IMG/VR virus record: IMGVR_UViG_3300039286_000350
Coordinates: 66,984-108,108 of that record
Length of the DNA: 41,125 nt
Strand: one strand, 5' to 3'
Source: a virus
Shown here: in pieces, positions 18,322-27,187 of the stretch
How the letters are laid out: every line of letters starts with the position of its first letter
Numbering within the stretch: the stretch's first letter is position 1
Translations under genes and position numbers: made by a program
The notes under the pieces: model-generated
Database searches by the model: none
The model's input: only the letters and a program-made list of their open reading frames with translations
What the model was told of the DNA's origin: nothing

Positions 18322-19440
18322 TCAATCGTCTGGACGTAGCTGGAGGAGAACAGACTTGAGGCCAGGCTCCTCCATAAATATTGAGGACCGTCGTTTCGGT
18401 AGGTCCTCCCCAATCTTGAAGGTAACCTGTTTTGCGGGGCTCATCTCAAGTGCGTCGGCGAGGAATTTATGATTGATCATTAGCGTACGACCAGCCGTTG
18501 CGGTTGTCGTGCAAGGCAAGGTCTCAACAGCCAACTCTCCATGTTGATCCTGAGCCATCACTTTGACCTCTTTCGGTTTGTCACCGTTGGTCGGCTCAAG
18601 GATCTGCAGGTTGAGCTGTTTCCTCTCCTCGTCTGCCGCAAGAGCGATGCGTTTGATCGCTGCAAGCAGGTCAGTCTTGTCAAGCGTCAGTTTCTGGTCA
18701 TTGCCAGAAGCTGGTTTGAGGATCATCTCCTCAACGTCAGGGAACTCCTCGTAGAGACGCTGAGAGGAAAACGTGTCCGCGCCAATCTGGAAGAGGAGGT
18801 GATTCTTCTTGAGCTCAACGCTAACCTCCTCGACCTCAGTCCTATTCAGTAGACGAACGAGGTTGTTAACCGCAAAGATCGGGATCTGCACTCCCTCGAG
18901 CCCCTCGAAGTCCGCAATCTGCAGACGGGAGCCGTCAGAGGCCATCGCACGTTTCCCGTCGAAGGCAATAAGCATTAGATATGGGCGCATCTCGTCGGTT
19001 GATGCAGCGTACTGCACCTTCCCAATGGCATCGATAAGCTTCTCTCGTTTGACTTTCTTCGCACTCTCAGACTCAAAGCGCGGAACCTCGGGGTAGTCCT
19101 CTGGGTCGAGGATGTTAACCTGCCACTTGGCTCGGCCAGCTTTGACAGTGACCTGGTTCTCTTCCAGTTTGAAGTCAATGTCTCCATCCTCAGCAGATCT
19201 AACGATGGCCTGCAGCTTCTGCGCAGGAACACAGATAGCGCCATCGTCCTTGACCTGTACCCCACCACGAATCTTAGCAATGGAACCGAGACTGAGGTCA
19301 GTGGACAGGATCCGCACCTGATCAGGATCAGCCTCAATGTTGAACGTCTTGAGCAACGGGTCGTTGTCTTTGGACGACACCGTTGCAGCAGCCTTGTCAA
19401 GGGCCGTCAAGAAGGCCGCTTTCTTGATCACAAAGTGCAT
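18322..19440 (-). CDS. dnaN: DNA polymerase III beta sliding clamp
   Basis: 372 aa; STDL, DYP, ASTDEMRPYL, ASDG.RL, FPD motifs; three-domain length. Confidence 0.93.
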   Translation of the reverse strand: MHFVIKKAAFLTALDKAAATVSSKDNDPLLKTFNIEADPDQVRILSTDLSLGSIAKIRGGVQVKDDGAICVPAQKLQAIVRSAEDGDIDFKLEENQVTVKAGRAKWQVNILDPEDYPEVPRFESESAKKVKREKLIDAIGKVQYAASTDEMRPYLMLIAFDGKRAMASDGSRLQIADFEGLEGVQIPIFAVNNLVRLLNRTEVEEVSVELKKNHLLFQIGADTFSSQRLYEEFPDVEEMILKPASGNDQKLTLDKTDLLAAIKRIALAADEERKQLNLQILEPTNGDKPKEVKVMAQDQHGELAVETLPCTTTATAGRTLMINHKFLADALEMSPAKQVTFKIGEDLPKRRSSIFMEEPGLKSVLLQLRPDD

Positions 19441-19773
19441 TTAGGTTGTTCCCTCCGCGGTAGAAGCTGATGTATTTTTACTCTCTAGCTCAAGCAGATA
19501 CTTGTGAACATAATGTAGTCGGCCATTGTTCAGGTCAACTCGATCGATGATCCCCTTCCCTACCAAGAGGTCAGAAAGAGCCTCAATGGCAGCCATAGAG
19601 CCAAACAACTCTCGCGGGACCTCAACATCGGCGTCTATCAACCGTTTGTTGACCTCAGCTACGCTGTCCCGTAACTCTCGAGAGTGGACAATCTTGTCCC
19701 GCTGAGCAACCTTCTGCTCCTCGGCCCTTTGCTTAGGCCGGGTTTGCCGTCTCTTGCGGCGCTTCTGTGCCAC
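19441..19773 (-). CDS. Hypothetical protein, Arg/Lys-rich N-terminus
   Basis: Abuts the dnaN start. Confidence 0.65.
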   Translation of the reverse strand: MAQKRRKRRQTRPKQRAEEQKVAQRDKIVHSRELRDSVAEVNKRLIDADVEVPRELFGSMAAIEALSDLLVGKGIIDRVDLNNGRLHYVHKYLLELESKNTSASTAEGTT

Positions 19774-20005
19774 TCAGCTTCCCCTCTAATCCCGTGAGGT
19801 GTTGGTCAATATCCCCTTCGATCTTTGATATCTCATCATCAATTTTCGCGGGGTCAACGCCCTCTTCTTTTAATTTAGCCTTGTAAGCAGCCAAATTCTC
19901 CAGGAATGTCTGCTCCCTTGCATCCACCAGGTTCCGTTCCTGCTCAGTGGTGGTCACCTTCTCCTGGGCCGCTTGGAAGCGATCTACTAGAGCACTGTCT
20001 GCCAC
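19733..20005 (-). CDS. Small coiled-coil protein
   Basis: Heptad-rich helices separated by GVDP. Confidence 0.7.
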   Translation of the reverse strand: MADSALVDRFQAAQEKVTTTEQERNLVDAREQTFLENLAAYKAKLKEEGVDPAKIDDEISKIEGDIDQHLTGLEGKLSGTEAPQETANPA

Positions 20006-20043
20006 GTGATTTACTACGCGGGGTTCGAGAAGTTGTTAAACTG

Positions 20044-20982
20044 TCAGATAGTGATCTTACCCTCGCCAGCGGCGTCCAACTCCGCGACAAGAGCCGCACT
20101 TCTCCCAGAGTACCTCTTCCACTCTGGACAATGTTCCTTTACCGGACATCGGTTGCAATGATGGCGGGAGATCTTTGCGGGGAATGGGTCACGCCTGATC
20201 TTGAGCGCCATCTCAAGAATCTCTTGACGTAGTTTTGCTCGGCGATCTCTTTTATCAGGAGGGCGCCAAGACCATTCTTGAAGCTTGGTCAACAAGAATC
20301 CAGCACGGTCTACTGGTTTCTCAAACTGCGGTTCGGCTCCCAGAACGTACCAGATCAACTGCCGCCAGTCGACATTCCCTCTTTTGTACACATCCTTTAG
20401 ATCAACAATATCAATCTTGTCTTTGTCCTCGAAAACCAAATCAATCCGCCCTGACAACTCCACTGGAGCAAACTCCACGCCCTCAACGCTCGACTCTACA
20501 GGAGTAACAAATGACCACTCAGTGTGGATAGTTGACGGGTCCCTGGGTATAAAGCCCTGATTCTGCAACTCCTGGTACAGCCAGGAAACAGAAGTCCTAA
20601 TCTCAGGAAGCGTGATACGACGGTGCTCATCCTGATTAAGGTCGTTTGAACGCCAGTCTACATACTCTTCGCCGACGAATCGGTCATAGTATCCTGAGGC
20701 ATTATCAGTCAAGAAGTCTGTATCAGCCCACTCAATGGTGCCATCCTTGAGACGTTCAGTGAAATCCTCCCACAAAGAGTGCACAACTGAACCTGCGATA
20801 GCCCAATACGCATCACGCTTGATGGGAATTCGATCCCCAACGCAATGCATGATATATTTCTGAGGGCAATCCTTGTACTGTGAGAATGCCCAGTAAGACA
20901 GACGTACATTTGGAAACTTCCCAAGGAATTCCTTGTGGCGTTGGACTATAGCATCGCGGCTTTGTACGAGTGATTGATCCAC
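20044..20982 (-). CDS. RecB/Cas4-like PD-(D/E)XK exonuclease with Fe-S cysteines
   Basis: S...Y..CP, G...H, E, GRID, IVDLK, QL..Y, CNRCP...C. Confidence 0.88.
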   Translation of the reverse strand: MDQSLVQSRDAIVQRHKEFLGKFPNVRLSYWAFSQYKDCPQKYIMHCVGDRIPIKRDAYWAIAGSVVHSLWEDFTERLKDGTIEWADTDFLTDNASGYYDRFVGEEYVDWRSNDLNQDEHRRITLPEIRTSVSWLYQELQNQGFIPRDPSTIHTEWSFVTPVESSVEGVEFAPVELSGRIDLVFEDKDKIDIVDLKDVYKRGNVDWRQLIWYVLGAEPQFEKPVDRAGFLLTKLQEWSWRPPDKRDRRAKLRQEILEMALKIRRDPFPAKISRHHCNRCPVKEHCPEWKRYSGRSAALVAELDAAGEGKITI

Positions 20983-20983
20983 G

Positions 20984-22093
20984 TCACTTTGCTACCTCCT
21001 CAAGAATCTGCTCCGCAACCTGCCGAACTTCTTCTGGCGAGTCCATCGAGCGGATCTCCTCTAGCAGCTGGTCAGTTCCCCAAGAATCATCTTTGATCGA
21101 GGCTGAAGAGAGGGAACGAACGAAGGCTTCAACTCTCTCGTCTCTCGCATTCTCATCCTCTTCGTCGGCTATCGTCTCTGCGAACACCTCCCCAGGAGGT
21201 CTAGCCGATTCCAAGTCAATCATCTTAACTTTCGGAGGAGACGCAATGTTAGTCGTCTCTAGGAGAACGACCTGTGGGATCCTCTTTCTATTATAAGGGG
21301 AAGAATCCCGCCTCGATACAGAACCGGGACCAACGAAGGTTGGACCTGTGAACTCAACTCGATCTGGGTCCGTGAGGTAAACACCATCGGGAGTATGAGG
21401 GTGTCCATAGAGGAACCAATGAGCTTTGGTAAGCTTTGTAATATCATGGGCGTCGGTAAAGTCTCCAAAGAAGGATCTCCCAGGAGGCACCACCATACCA
21501 TGAGCTATGGTCACCCTCGTGTCATCAGGGCTAAACTCTGTGTTGAAGTCCCCATCTTCGTCTTCGAGGGGAGCCATGCTGCATCGCCAATCCTCCGGAG
21601 TGATGAGAGCGTAATTAGCAGGGTCCTTATCTAGATCATAAGATGCAGGTACAGGATGGAAAAGCATGAACTCATGCTCAGACTCAGGAACCGCTGAGTT
21701 TTTCATTGCAGGATAACGGACAAGCCCATTCTTTAGTTTGTGCGGCTCAAGCACGGTGATCACACCAGCTCTTTGCAACGATTCCAACGGCTGCTGTGGC
21801 AACTTATCGAGTCGGCCAGTTGGTACATCGTGCGTTCCGATCACCGTCAAGTGTCTGTTTCCCGGGAACCCAGACATGATGGAAGACATTTCATTGACAA
21901 GGCGATGAGAAACCCTCCAAGGGGACTTCCGGTCGAAAGTGTCAGCACCGTTGACAAGGTAGTCAACATCGTATTTAACAGCCAGTGTGATAATCTCTTT
22001 GAGCTTCGCCAACATGTCCTCAGCATAGTCACCCGTTCTCGAACGAGGTGTCTGGTCAGCAGCATGCAGGTCAGTGTAAAAAAGAAGCCTCAT
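20984..22093 (-). CDS. SbcD/Mre11-like metallophosphoesterase nuclease
   Basis: TDLH, GADTFD, GTHD, AHG, GHPH, PGS..R. Confidence 0.88.
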   Translation of the reverse strand: MRLLFYTDLHAADQTPRSRTGDYAEDMLAKLKEIITLAVKYDVDYLVNGADTFDRKSPWRVSHRLVNEMSSIMSGFPGNRHLTVIGTHDVPTGRLDKLPQQPLESLQRAGVITVLEPHKLKNGLVRYPAMKNSAVPESEHEFMLFHPVPASYDLDKDPANYALITPEDWRCSMAPLEDEDGDFNTEFSPDDTRVTIAHGMVVPPGRSFFGDFTDAHDITKLTKAHWFLYGHPHTPDGVYLTDPDRVEFTGPTFVGPGSVSRRDSSPYNRKRIPQVVLLETTNIASPPKVKMIDLESARPPGEVFAETIADEEDENARDERVEAFVRSLSSASIKDDSWGTDQLLEEIRSMDSPEEVRQVAEQILEEVAK

Positions 22094-22275
22094 GGTAGAT
22101 GATCAACCTTTTCTATCTGTAGATGGACCAACCCATCATCTCCTGGAGTCAGTGTCATCTCTGATATCTGCGGTGGGGGAGGATCCGCACCTGGGAGAAG
22201 CTTGCGTTTCGGATCATGGAAGCCAATGTTGAACCGTAACGTTCCTTCTGGTTCCTGTCTGATTATTACTCTCAC
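22090..22275 (-). CDS. Hypothetical protein
   Basis: 4-nt overlaps with both neighbours. Confidence 0.6.
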   Translation of the reverse strand: MRVIIRQEPEGTLRFNIGFHDPKRKLLPGADPPPPQISEMTLTPGDDGLVHLQIEKVDHLP

Positions 22276-22523
22276 TTGTTGGCTCCATCGGGATCTAATC
22301 CTGGGTCTATTCTATCTGCCACTTCTCTTAACCGTTTCGCCATAAGTCGAGGGTTACCCTTGTAAGCCCATCCAGCCTGAACTCCTGCAACATTCAAATC
22401 TTTCCCTTCATAAACCACAGCAATACGAGAAATCTCTACGTCCTGCGACTCAGCAGACTCCCAGGCCGAGCTTAAAACCTGCTTCGGATCTGCGAGCCCC
22501 TCTGCCTCAGCAGGCTGAGTCAT
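22272..22523 (-). CDS. Hypothetical protein
   Basis: 4-nt overlaps with both neighbours. Confidence 0.65.
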   Translation of the reverse strand: MTQPAEAEGLADPKQVLSSAWESAESQDVEISRIAVVYEGKDLNVAGVQAGWAYKGNPRLMAKRLREVADRIDPGLDPDGANK

Positions 22524-23155
22524 TGAGCAATCAGTCCCTCAGGAGGGCCGTCCTCCAAAAGCCTGCCAGCTAGTGCTATCGGAAGAAGAGGCTTGAGATT
22601 TTGAGCATCTTCGACCATCATTGATTTATACTCAGCAGAGCGAAGGGCTGAACCAGGGTGAATCACTCCCATTACATAGGCTTTCATCGCCTCTCGTTTA
22701 TCATAGAGAATGCCATGGCGATAAGTAAGCTGTTGCAATCCGGTCGTCACCTGAAAAGCCTCAGCACCAAGAGGGATAATCAATTCCGGCCTGCAGTAAG
22801 CTATCTCCCAGCGCAGATGAGCATTCCAACACGTGTTAACCTCACGTCCTTTAGGTTTGCGGTCAGCCTGGGTATAACACTTCATAGTATTCGTCAGCCA
22901 CACCTGCTCGCGCTTCAAACCGAGACCGCGCAGCCAAGCCTCAAGTACTTCACCACCACGACCAACGAAGGGCTTCCCGAGCTTGTCCTCATTGATACCA
23001 GGATTACGGCCAATCATCATGATGGGCGCTGGGCTATTTCGTGGCCAAAATGGAGTTGGTTTATCCGCCTCCTTCCTTGCAGTACAAGCCTCACACGCAA
23101 GGATTCGATCGCGTAGATTTTCAGGAGTGAGCGGCTGGGGTGGGTCTGTGATCAC
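22520..23155 (-). CDS. Uracil-DNA glycosylase family 4-like (Fe-S)
   Basis: CEAC, G.NPG..ED..G.PFVG, TN..KC, C...L..EI, LG, HP...LR. Confidence 0.88.
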   Translation of the reverse strand: MITDPPQPLTPENLRDRILACEACTARKEADKPTPFWPRNSPAPIMMIGRNPGINEDKLGKPFVGRGGEVLEAWLRGLGLKREQVWLTNTMKCYTQADRKPKGREVNTCWNAHLRWEIAYCRPELIIPLGAEAFQVTTGLQQLTYRHGILYDKREAMKAYVMGVIHPGSALRSAEYKSMMVEDAQNLKPLLPIALAGRLLEDGPPEGLIAQ

Positions 23156-24116
23156 TTGTCATCTCCTGACCACACAATGGACAGACGCCAAGATCCAGCG
23201 TCAATTTCTCAAGGTCAGTTTTGGCCAACTCAATAGAAGCATCAGCACTTTTCTTCGCCTCATCTATTGATGCCTTCGTAGCGCGGTGACGGTCGAGCTC
23301 AGCCTTGAAGCTAACCAATAAGTCTCTACGTTCCATCAAGGCCTGCACTTCTGCAAGGTCCGAAGTCAGGTCTGGAGGAAGAGCTTCCTTTTTCTGCTTG
23401 ATCAATTCGTGGGTCTCTCGGAGTCTCTCGCGCTCAGCTTTGAAACTATTATACATCACTAGGCGCTCTCGGAGTGGCGGTACGAGAGCTAGAGTCTGCT
23501 CCATGGAGACAACAGCTTGCTCTCTCAGCTCTAAACCGTCGAACTGAGTCAGCTGTGCTCGAAGATCGTTAGCATCAGAGGAACGTACTTTAGCTTCGCC
23601 CTCCTCTCTCTTACGGCGAACGTCAGCCTCGCCTACCGCACGGAAGAGGACGCTCAGGTTAGTAAGATCGCCCAGAACCTTAGCCACCTTAGAAGCCGTA
23701 ATGCCACCAGGATACGGTATTAGGAACGGCGGGTCATCCTGATCCGCAAAGTTCAGGTTAAGTTTGAGATCGCGGTCGAACTCAACGACCGACATACCAA
23801 GGAGCTCAGCGATCTCTGGAGGAGTGGAGGTGCCAATCCTATCAAAAGCAATCCCGTTCAGAACGTACTTGTTGGTGGAAGCTCCCTTCTCCCAGGTTAG
23901 CTCCTGACCATCAACCCACAACGTTACACGAGATAGGGTCTTGCCTCTCTTGATGAAGTCCTGCCCAGCTTTGGCCTCAGCTGCTGCACGAACAGCCCGG
24001 AAGAAAGCACTCTTGCCATGGTCATTAGGTCCGACAATAACCGTAAGGGTTCCAAGCTCAACAGTGGTATCCTCCAGGCTTTGGAAGTTCTGAACTCTAA
24101 CCTTTTCGAGTGGCAC
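23121..24116 (-). CDS. SbcC/Rad50 ABC-ATPase, N-terminal half ending in a zinc hook
   Basis: QNFQS, Walker A GPNDHGKS, Q-loop DQ, about 160-aa coil, terminal CPLCG. No Walker B. Confidence 0.85.
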   Translation of the reverse strand: MPLEKVRVQNFQSLEDTTVELGTLTVIVGPNDHGKSAFFRAVRAAAEAKAGQDFIKRGKTLSRVTLWVDGQELTWEKGASTNKYVLNGIAFDRIGTSTPPEIAELLGMSVVEFDRDLKLNLNFADQDDPPFLIPYPGGITASKVAKVLGDLTNLSVLFRAVGEADVRRKREEGEAKVRSSDANDLRAQLTQFDGLELREQAVVSMEQTLALVPPLRERLVMYNSFKAERERLRETHELIKQKKEALPPDLTSDLAEVQALMERRDLLVSFKAELDRHRATKASIDEAKKSADASIELAKTDLEKLTLDLGVCPLCGQEMTSDHRPTPAAHS

Positions 24117-24348
24117 TCTTTTCTCCCTCAGCCGGTGCTATCATACGTTGACACTCACCGCACTTGATGCCTCTCCGATATACTTCCTCTTTGGGCCTAG
24201 AATCACGGATAAATTGTGCTGCCAAGTAGTGATCCTGCCCACATCCATCTACCTTATCAAGCATTTGACCCAAAGCAAGCCGGGCAACTATAGGGTCAGG
24301 CTCCGGTTTACTCGGTAGTTTAGGGGGCTTCCGGCCTGGTAGCCGCAA
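24097..24348 (-). CDS. Small Zn-binding protein
   Basis: CGQDH...CGEC. Confidence 0.55.
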   Translation of the reverse strand: MRLPGRKPPKLPSKPEPDPIVARLALGQMLDKVDGCGQDHYLAAQFIRDSRPKEEVYRRGIKCGECQRMIAPAEGEKSATRKG

Positions 24349-24351
24349 GGC

Positions 24352-25425
24352 TCAGTGGTCGTGATTCTGATCGAGTGGGCGTCCACACTCTTCGCAGCTA
24401 CGGTTCATCGCCAGAGTCCCTGCATGGGACTGCACTCGACGGCGGAAGCGACCATCCACTTCATCACCATTGGCTGCTCGTGTAAGCGCGTTCACAACAC
24501 CCCAAACAGTCGGAGTAGGCTCCTCTTTATAAGCCTCAAGTACTGCCTCCCTCAGAGTGCCTGGAACGTGTCCAAGCTGTGCTGTCAGTGCCATCTCCGG
24601 ATCGGGAAGGTCCTTGACCGCAGCAGAGTCCAAATGCTCGAAGAGGGGGTCAAACTGTTTCCCGATCTCATCGATCATAGTGGCCAACCACTCGGTTGGT
24701 GCACCCTCTGCTTTCGGGTCATAGCGGAACCCATCACCACTCCCACCGACCAACGGGGTGACCATTCTGTTCGCGCAGAACAGTCGATAAACGAAAGGTG
24801 AGACTTCAGTGTGTAGCTGATTAGTAAGGCTGTTCATCATGTTAACGCCAGCCCTTACCACATCCCCAACATGCTCCTCAGGGTTCTGATCCTTAAAGAT
24901 GCCATTCTTGACCTCATGGGAGGCATCGGCGTGACAGAGCCCGATTCTAGTAACGAGCCAGTCATGTTCAAAGGCGTCAAGCTTGATCTTGCTTGGGTCA
25001 CCTTTACCCAGTCTTTCGACCAGAGCTTCTAGTAGCGGAAGGTTTTTCACAGGCAAGAAGTTGGGGCTAGTCAAGGCCTGAACCCTATCCTCACCAACGA
25101 CCACACGAACCCGCTTGCGCTCAGATAGCCGACCTTTCCAATAATTAAGGTTGTCGGCCTGCAAATGTGCTGGGCATTTCATCAAATAATTCTGCGGGAC
25201 CTCAAGTGTCGTCGCGAAGGTCTTAATTGCAAGGTCCGACAAGGGTACTGACTCGCCCTCTACATCGAAGGAAGTCACTGGGCCACTTGGAGTCTCATCA
25301 ACGGAGAACTGAACCTCACGAAGAACAGCCTCCAACGAGGTACAATCATCGGTCTTAGCCAGTACCTGGCGGGCAATCTCTAGATCATCTGTTACAGTGG
25401 TCAACGCACTCTCCTTTGGTGTCAA
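24352..25425 (-). CDS. DUF932-like protein
   Basis: GD....G....NS, YRLFCAN.MV, T.WGVVNALT; C-terminal CEECG. Confidence 0.7.
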   Translation of the reverse strand: MTPKESALTTVTDDLEIARQVLAKTDDCTSLEAVLREVQFSVDETPSGPVTSFDVEGESVPLSDLAIKTFATTLEVPQNYLMKCPAHLQADNLNYWKGRLSERKRVRVVVGEDRVQALTSPNFLPVKNLPLLEALVERLGKGDPSKIKLDAFEHDWLVTRIGLCHADASHEVKNGIFKDQNPEEHVGDVVRAGVNMMNSLTNQLHTEVSPFVYRLFCANRMVTPLVGGSGDGFRYDPKAEGAPTEWLATMIDEIGKQFDPLFEHLDSAAVKDLPDPEMALTAQLGHVPGTLREAVLEAYKEEPTPTVWGVVNALTRAANGDEVDGRFRRRVQSHAGTLAMNRSCEECGRPLDQNHDH

Positions 25426-25454
25426 TCACCACTACCCGAGTTTCGGCGCAGGGT

Positions 25455-26597
25455 TCACAACTCAGCTACACCTTCGGGGAGGTCCTCAGTGACCTCTTCA
25501 TAAGTTTCCTCATCTTCTGCGGGGGAGGTATTCAGCAAAGCATTTCGTAGGGCGTCCATCTCCTTCTGGCTAGACCGGAGGCCTTTAACAGCATTATCGG
25601 TGCCTTTGATCTTGGTCCCCGACGGGAATGTGAAGCTAGCACCGCTCTTCTCGATCACCTTCCGTTTTACACCCAGGTCAAAGATGGTCTCTGCCTCCAT
25701 GAAACCTCTACCCGACTGTCTAATGTCACAGCGGATGATCCCCTTCCTAAAGGGTGGAGCAGCTTTGTTCTTGACCACGTGGAATTGGATCGCCAACTCC
25801 ACAGGGGTCGATTGCTTTGTTCCCAACACATCATCAGCAACTGATTCCTTGATCGTATCCGACTTGGACATCCGAATTCGACAAGAAGCGTAGTACTTTA
25901 GAGCACGACCACCAGACGTGGTTGATCCCGATCCGTAAGTATTGATCGTGGTCCGCTCCTGATTGGGGAAGACCATAATTGCACCATGCTCTGCAATAAC
26001 TGGGTTAAGTGTGGCAACAGCAGATGAGAACACTAGTGCATGAATCGCAACACGAGAGCTAACCTTTCCTTCATCAATGTCTTTCATGCCGCGCTTTAGT
26101 TCGGCATCAGAAATCTGTGCATTGATCACAGCAGCTGGTTGTGAAGCTGCTACAGTGTCCCATACAATGAAATCAACTATGCCGCGCATGACAAAGGTTT
26201 TAACTAGAAGTAGTCCCTCCTCGATTGAGCGAGGTTGGGCCAGAAACATATGAGGCCGCTCGACCTTGCATCCAAGCATGGCAAGCCGCTTGGTATCCAT
26301 TGTCTGCTCAAAGTCCAGATATAGAACTCTCGCATTCTCATGAGAGCGTTGATGGGCGGCTGCCCATTGAGCCGCAAGCGTGCTCTTACCCAAGGACTCA
26401 GGCCCAAAGACCTCAATAATACACCCTTTTGGTAGACCTCCACCAAGGATGTGGTTGAGCACCAGGAACCCAGTGTTCAGTCGGGGCCACTCCTGTATCT
26501 CCTCAGATACAAATATGTCCGACTCAAGATGATGTTGAAGTATGGGGACTATTGTCCCGAAGTCTTTTAGAGCGTCCTCGTTGGTTAAGACAGGCAT
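25455..26597 (-). CDS. recA: RecA/UvsX-like recombinase
   Basis: TG...L...LGGGLPKG...E.FGPESLGKST, D.E, WDTVAA, NQ.R, GGRALKYYAS.R, KNK.APPF. Confidence 0.95.
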   Translation of the reverse strand: MPVLTNEDALKDFGTIVPILQHHLESDIFVSEEIQEWPRLNTGFLVLNHILGGGLPKGCIIEVFGPESLGKSTLAAQWAAAHQRSHENARVLYLDFEQTMDTKRLAMLGCKVERPHMFLAQPRSIEEGLLLVKTFVMRGIVDFIVWDTVAASQPAAVINAQISDAELKRGMKDIDEGKVSSRVAIHALVFSSAVATLNPVIAEHGAIMVFPNQERTTINTYGSGSTTSGGRALKYYASCRIRMSKSDTIKESVADDVLGTKQSTPVELAIQFHVVKNKAAPPFRKGIIRCDIRQSGRGFMEAETIFDLGVKRKVIEKSGASFTFPSGTKIKGTDNAVKGLRSSQKEMDALRNALLNTSPAEDEETYEEVTEDLPEGVAEL

Positions 26598-27187
26598 GCA
26601 GCTACCTTCTCACAGTTGAAGCGTACGTTTTCGTTGAACATTAGTCCAGTATCAGGATCGAGGAATATATTCCCTGACTGTGGCAAGGACTGCTCTGACA
26701 TATGCATCGCCAACTCCCGTGCAATCCTTGCCATGGAGAACGCATCCGCAAGGTCCTCTCGTTCTCTCTTTTTGTATCCGGGGCCGCCTCGCACCTTCAC
26801 TGGCGGACTGAAACCATTCTTCGCGGCCCAGGCGATGACATCATTCTTCGTCACTTTGCGTTTCCGTAGCACAAAGGATTGCCGCTTCCTTGGATGAATC
26901 AGGATCAAAGGGTAACCAACCTCAAGGAGGAATGATTTCACTATCCCTGCAACCTCAGCAATCTGATAGCTAACATTCTGACCAGGCCCAAGAGCGAAAT
27001 CCTCTAAACCCAGCAAGATTGGACGACGATCGAGTAGCTCAATCACTTCGTCTGCCATTCGCTTCCGTGCTGTAAAGCTGAGTTTCGTATCAGCTACAGA
27101 GACGTGATGATAGGAGTCAACGGTGCCGTCCGCATTTAGGTAGACGACACCGCTGCTTCCGGGCGAGAGGTCAATACCGCCGTACAA
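26585..27187 (-). CDS. RuvC-like Holliday junction resolvase
   Basis: GIDLS...SG, LEDF, E..G, K..V, DLADAF. Confidence 0.82.
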   Translation of the reverse strand: MYGGIDLSPGSSGVVYLNADGTVDSYHHVSVADTKLSFTARKRMADEVIELLDRRPILLGLEDFALGPGQNVSYQIAEVAGIVKSFLLEVGYPLILIHPRKRQSFVLRKRKVTKNDVIAWAAKNGFSPPVKVRGGPGYKKREREDLADAFSMARIARELAMHMSEQSLPQSGNIFLDPDTGLMFNENVRFNCEKVAACLS

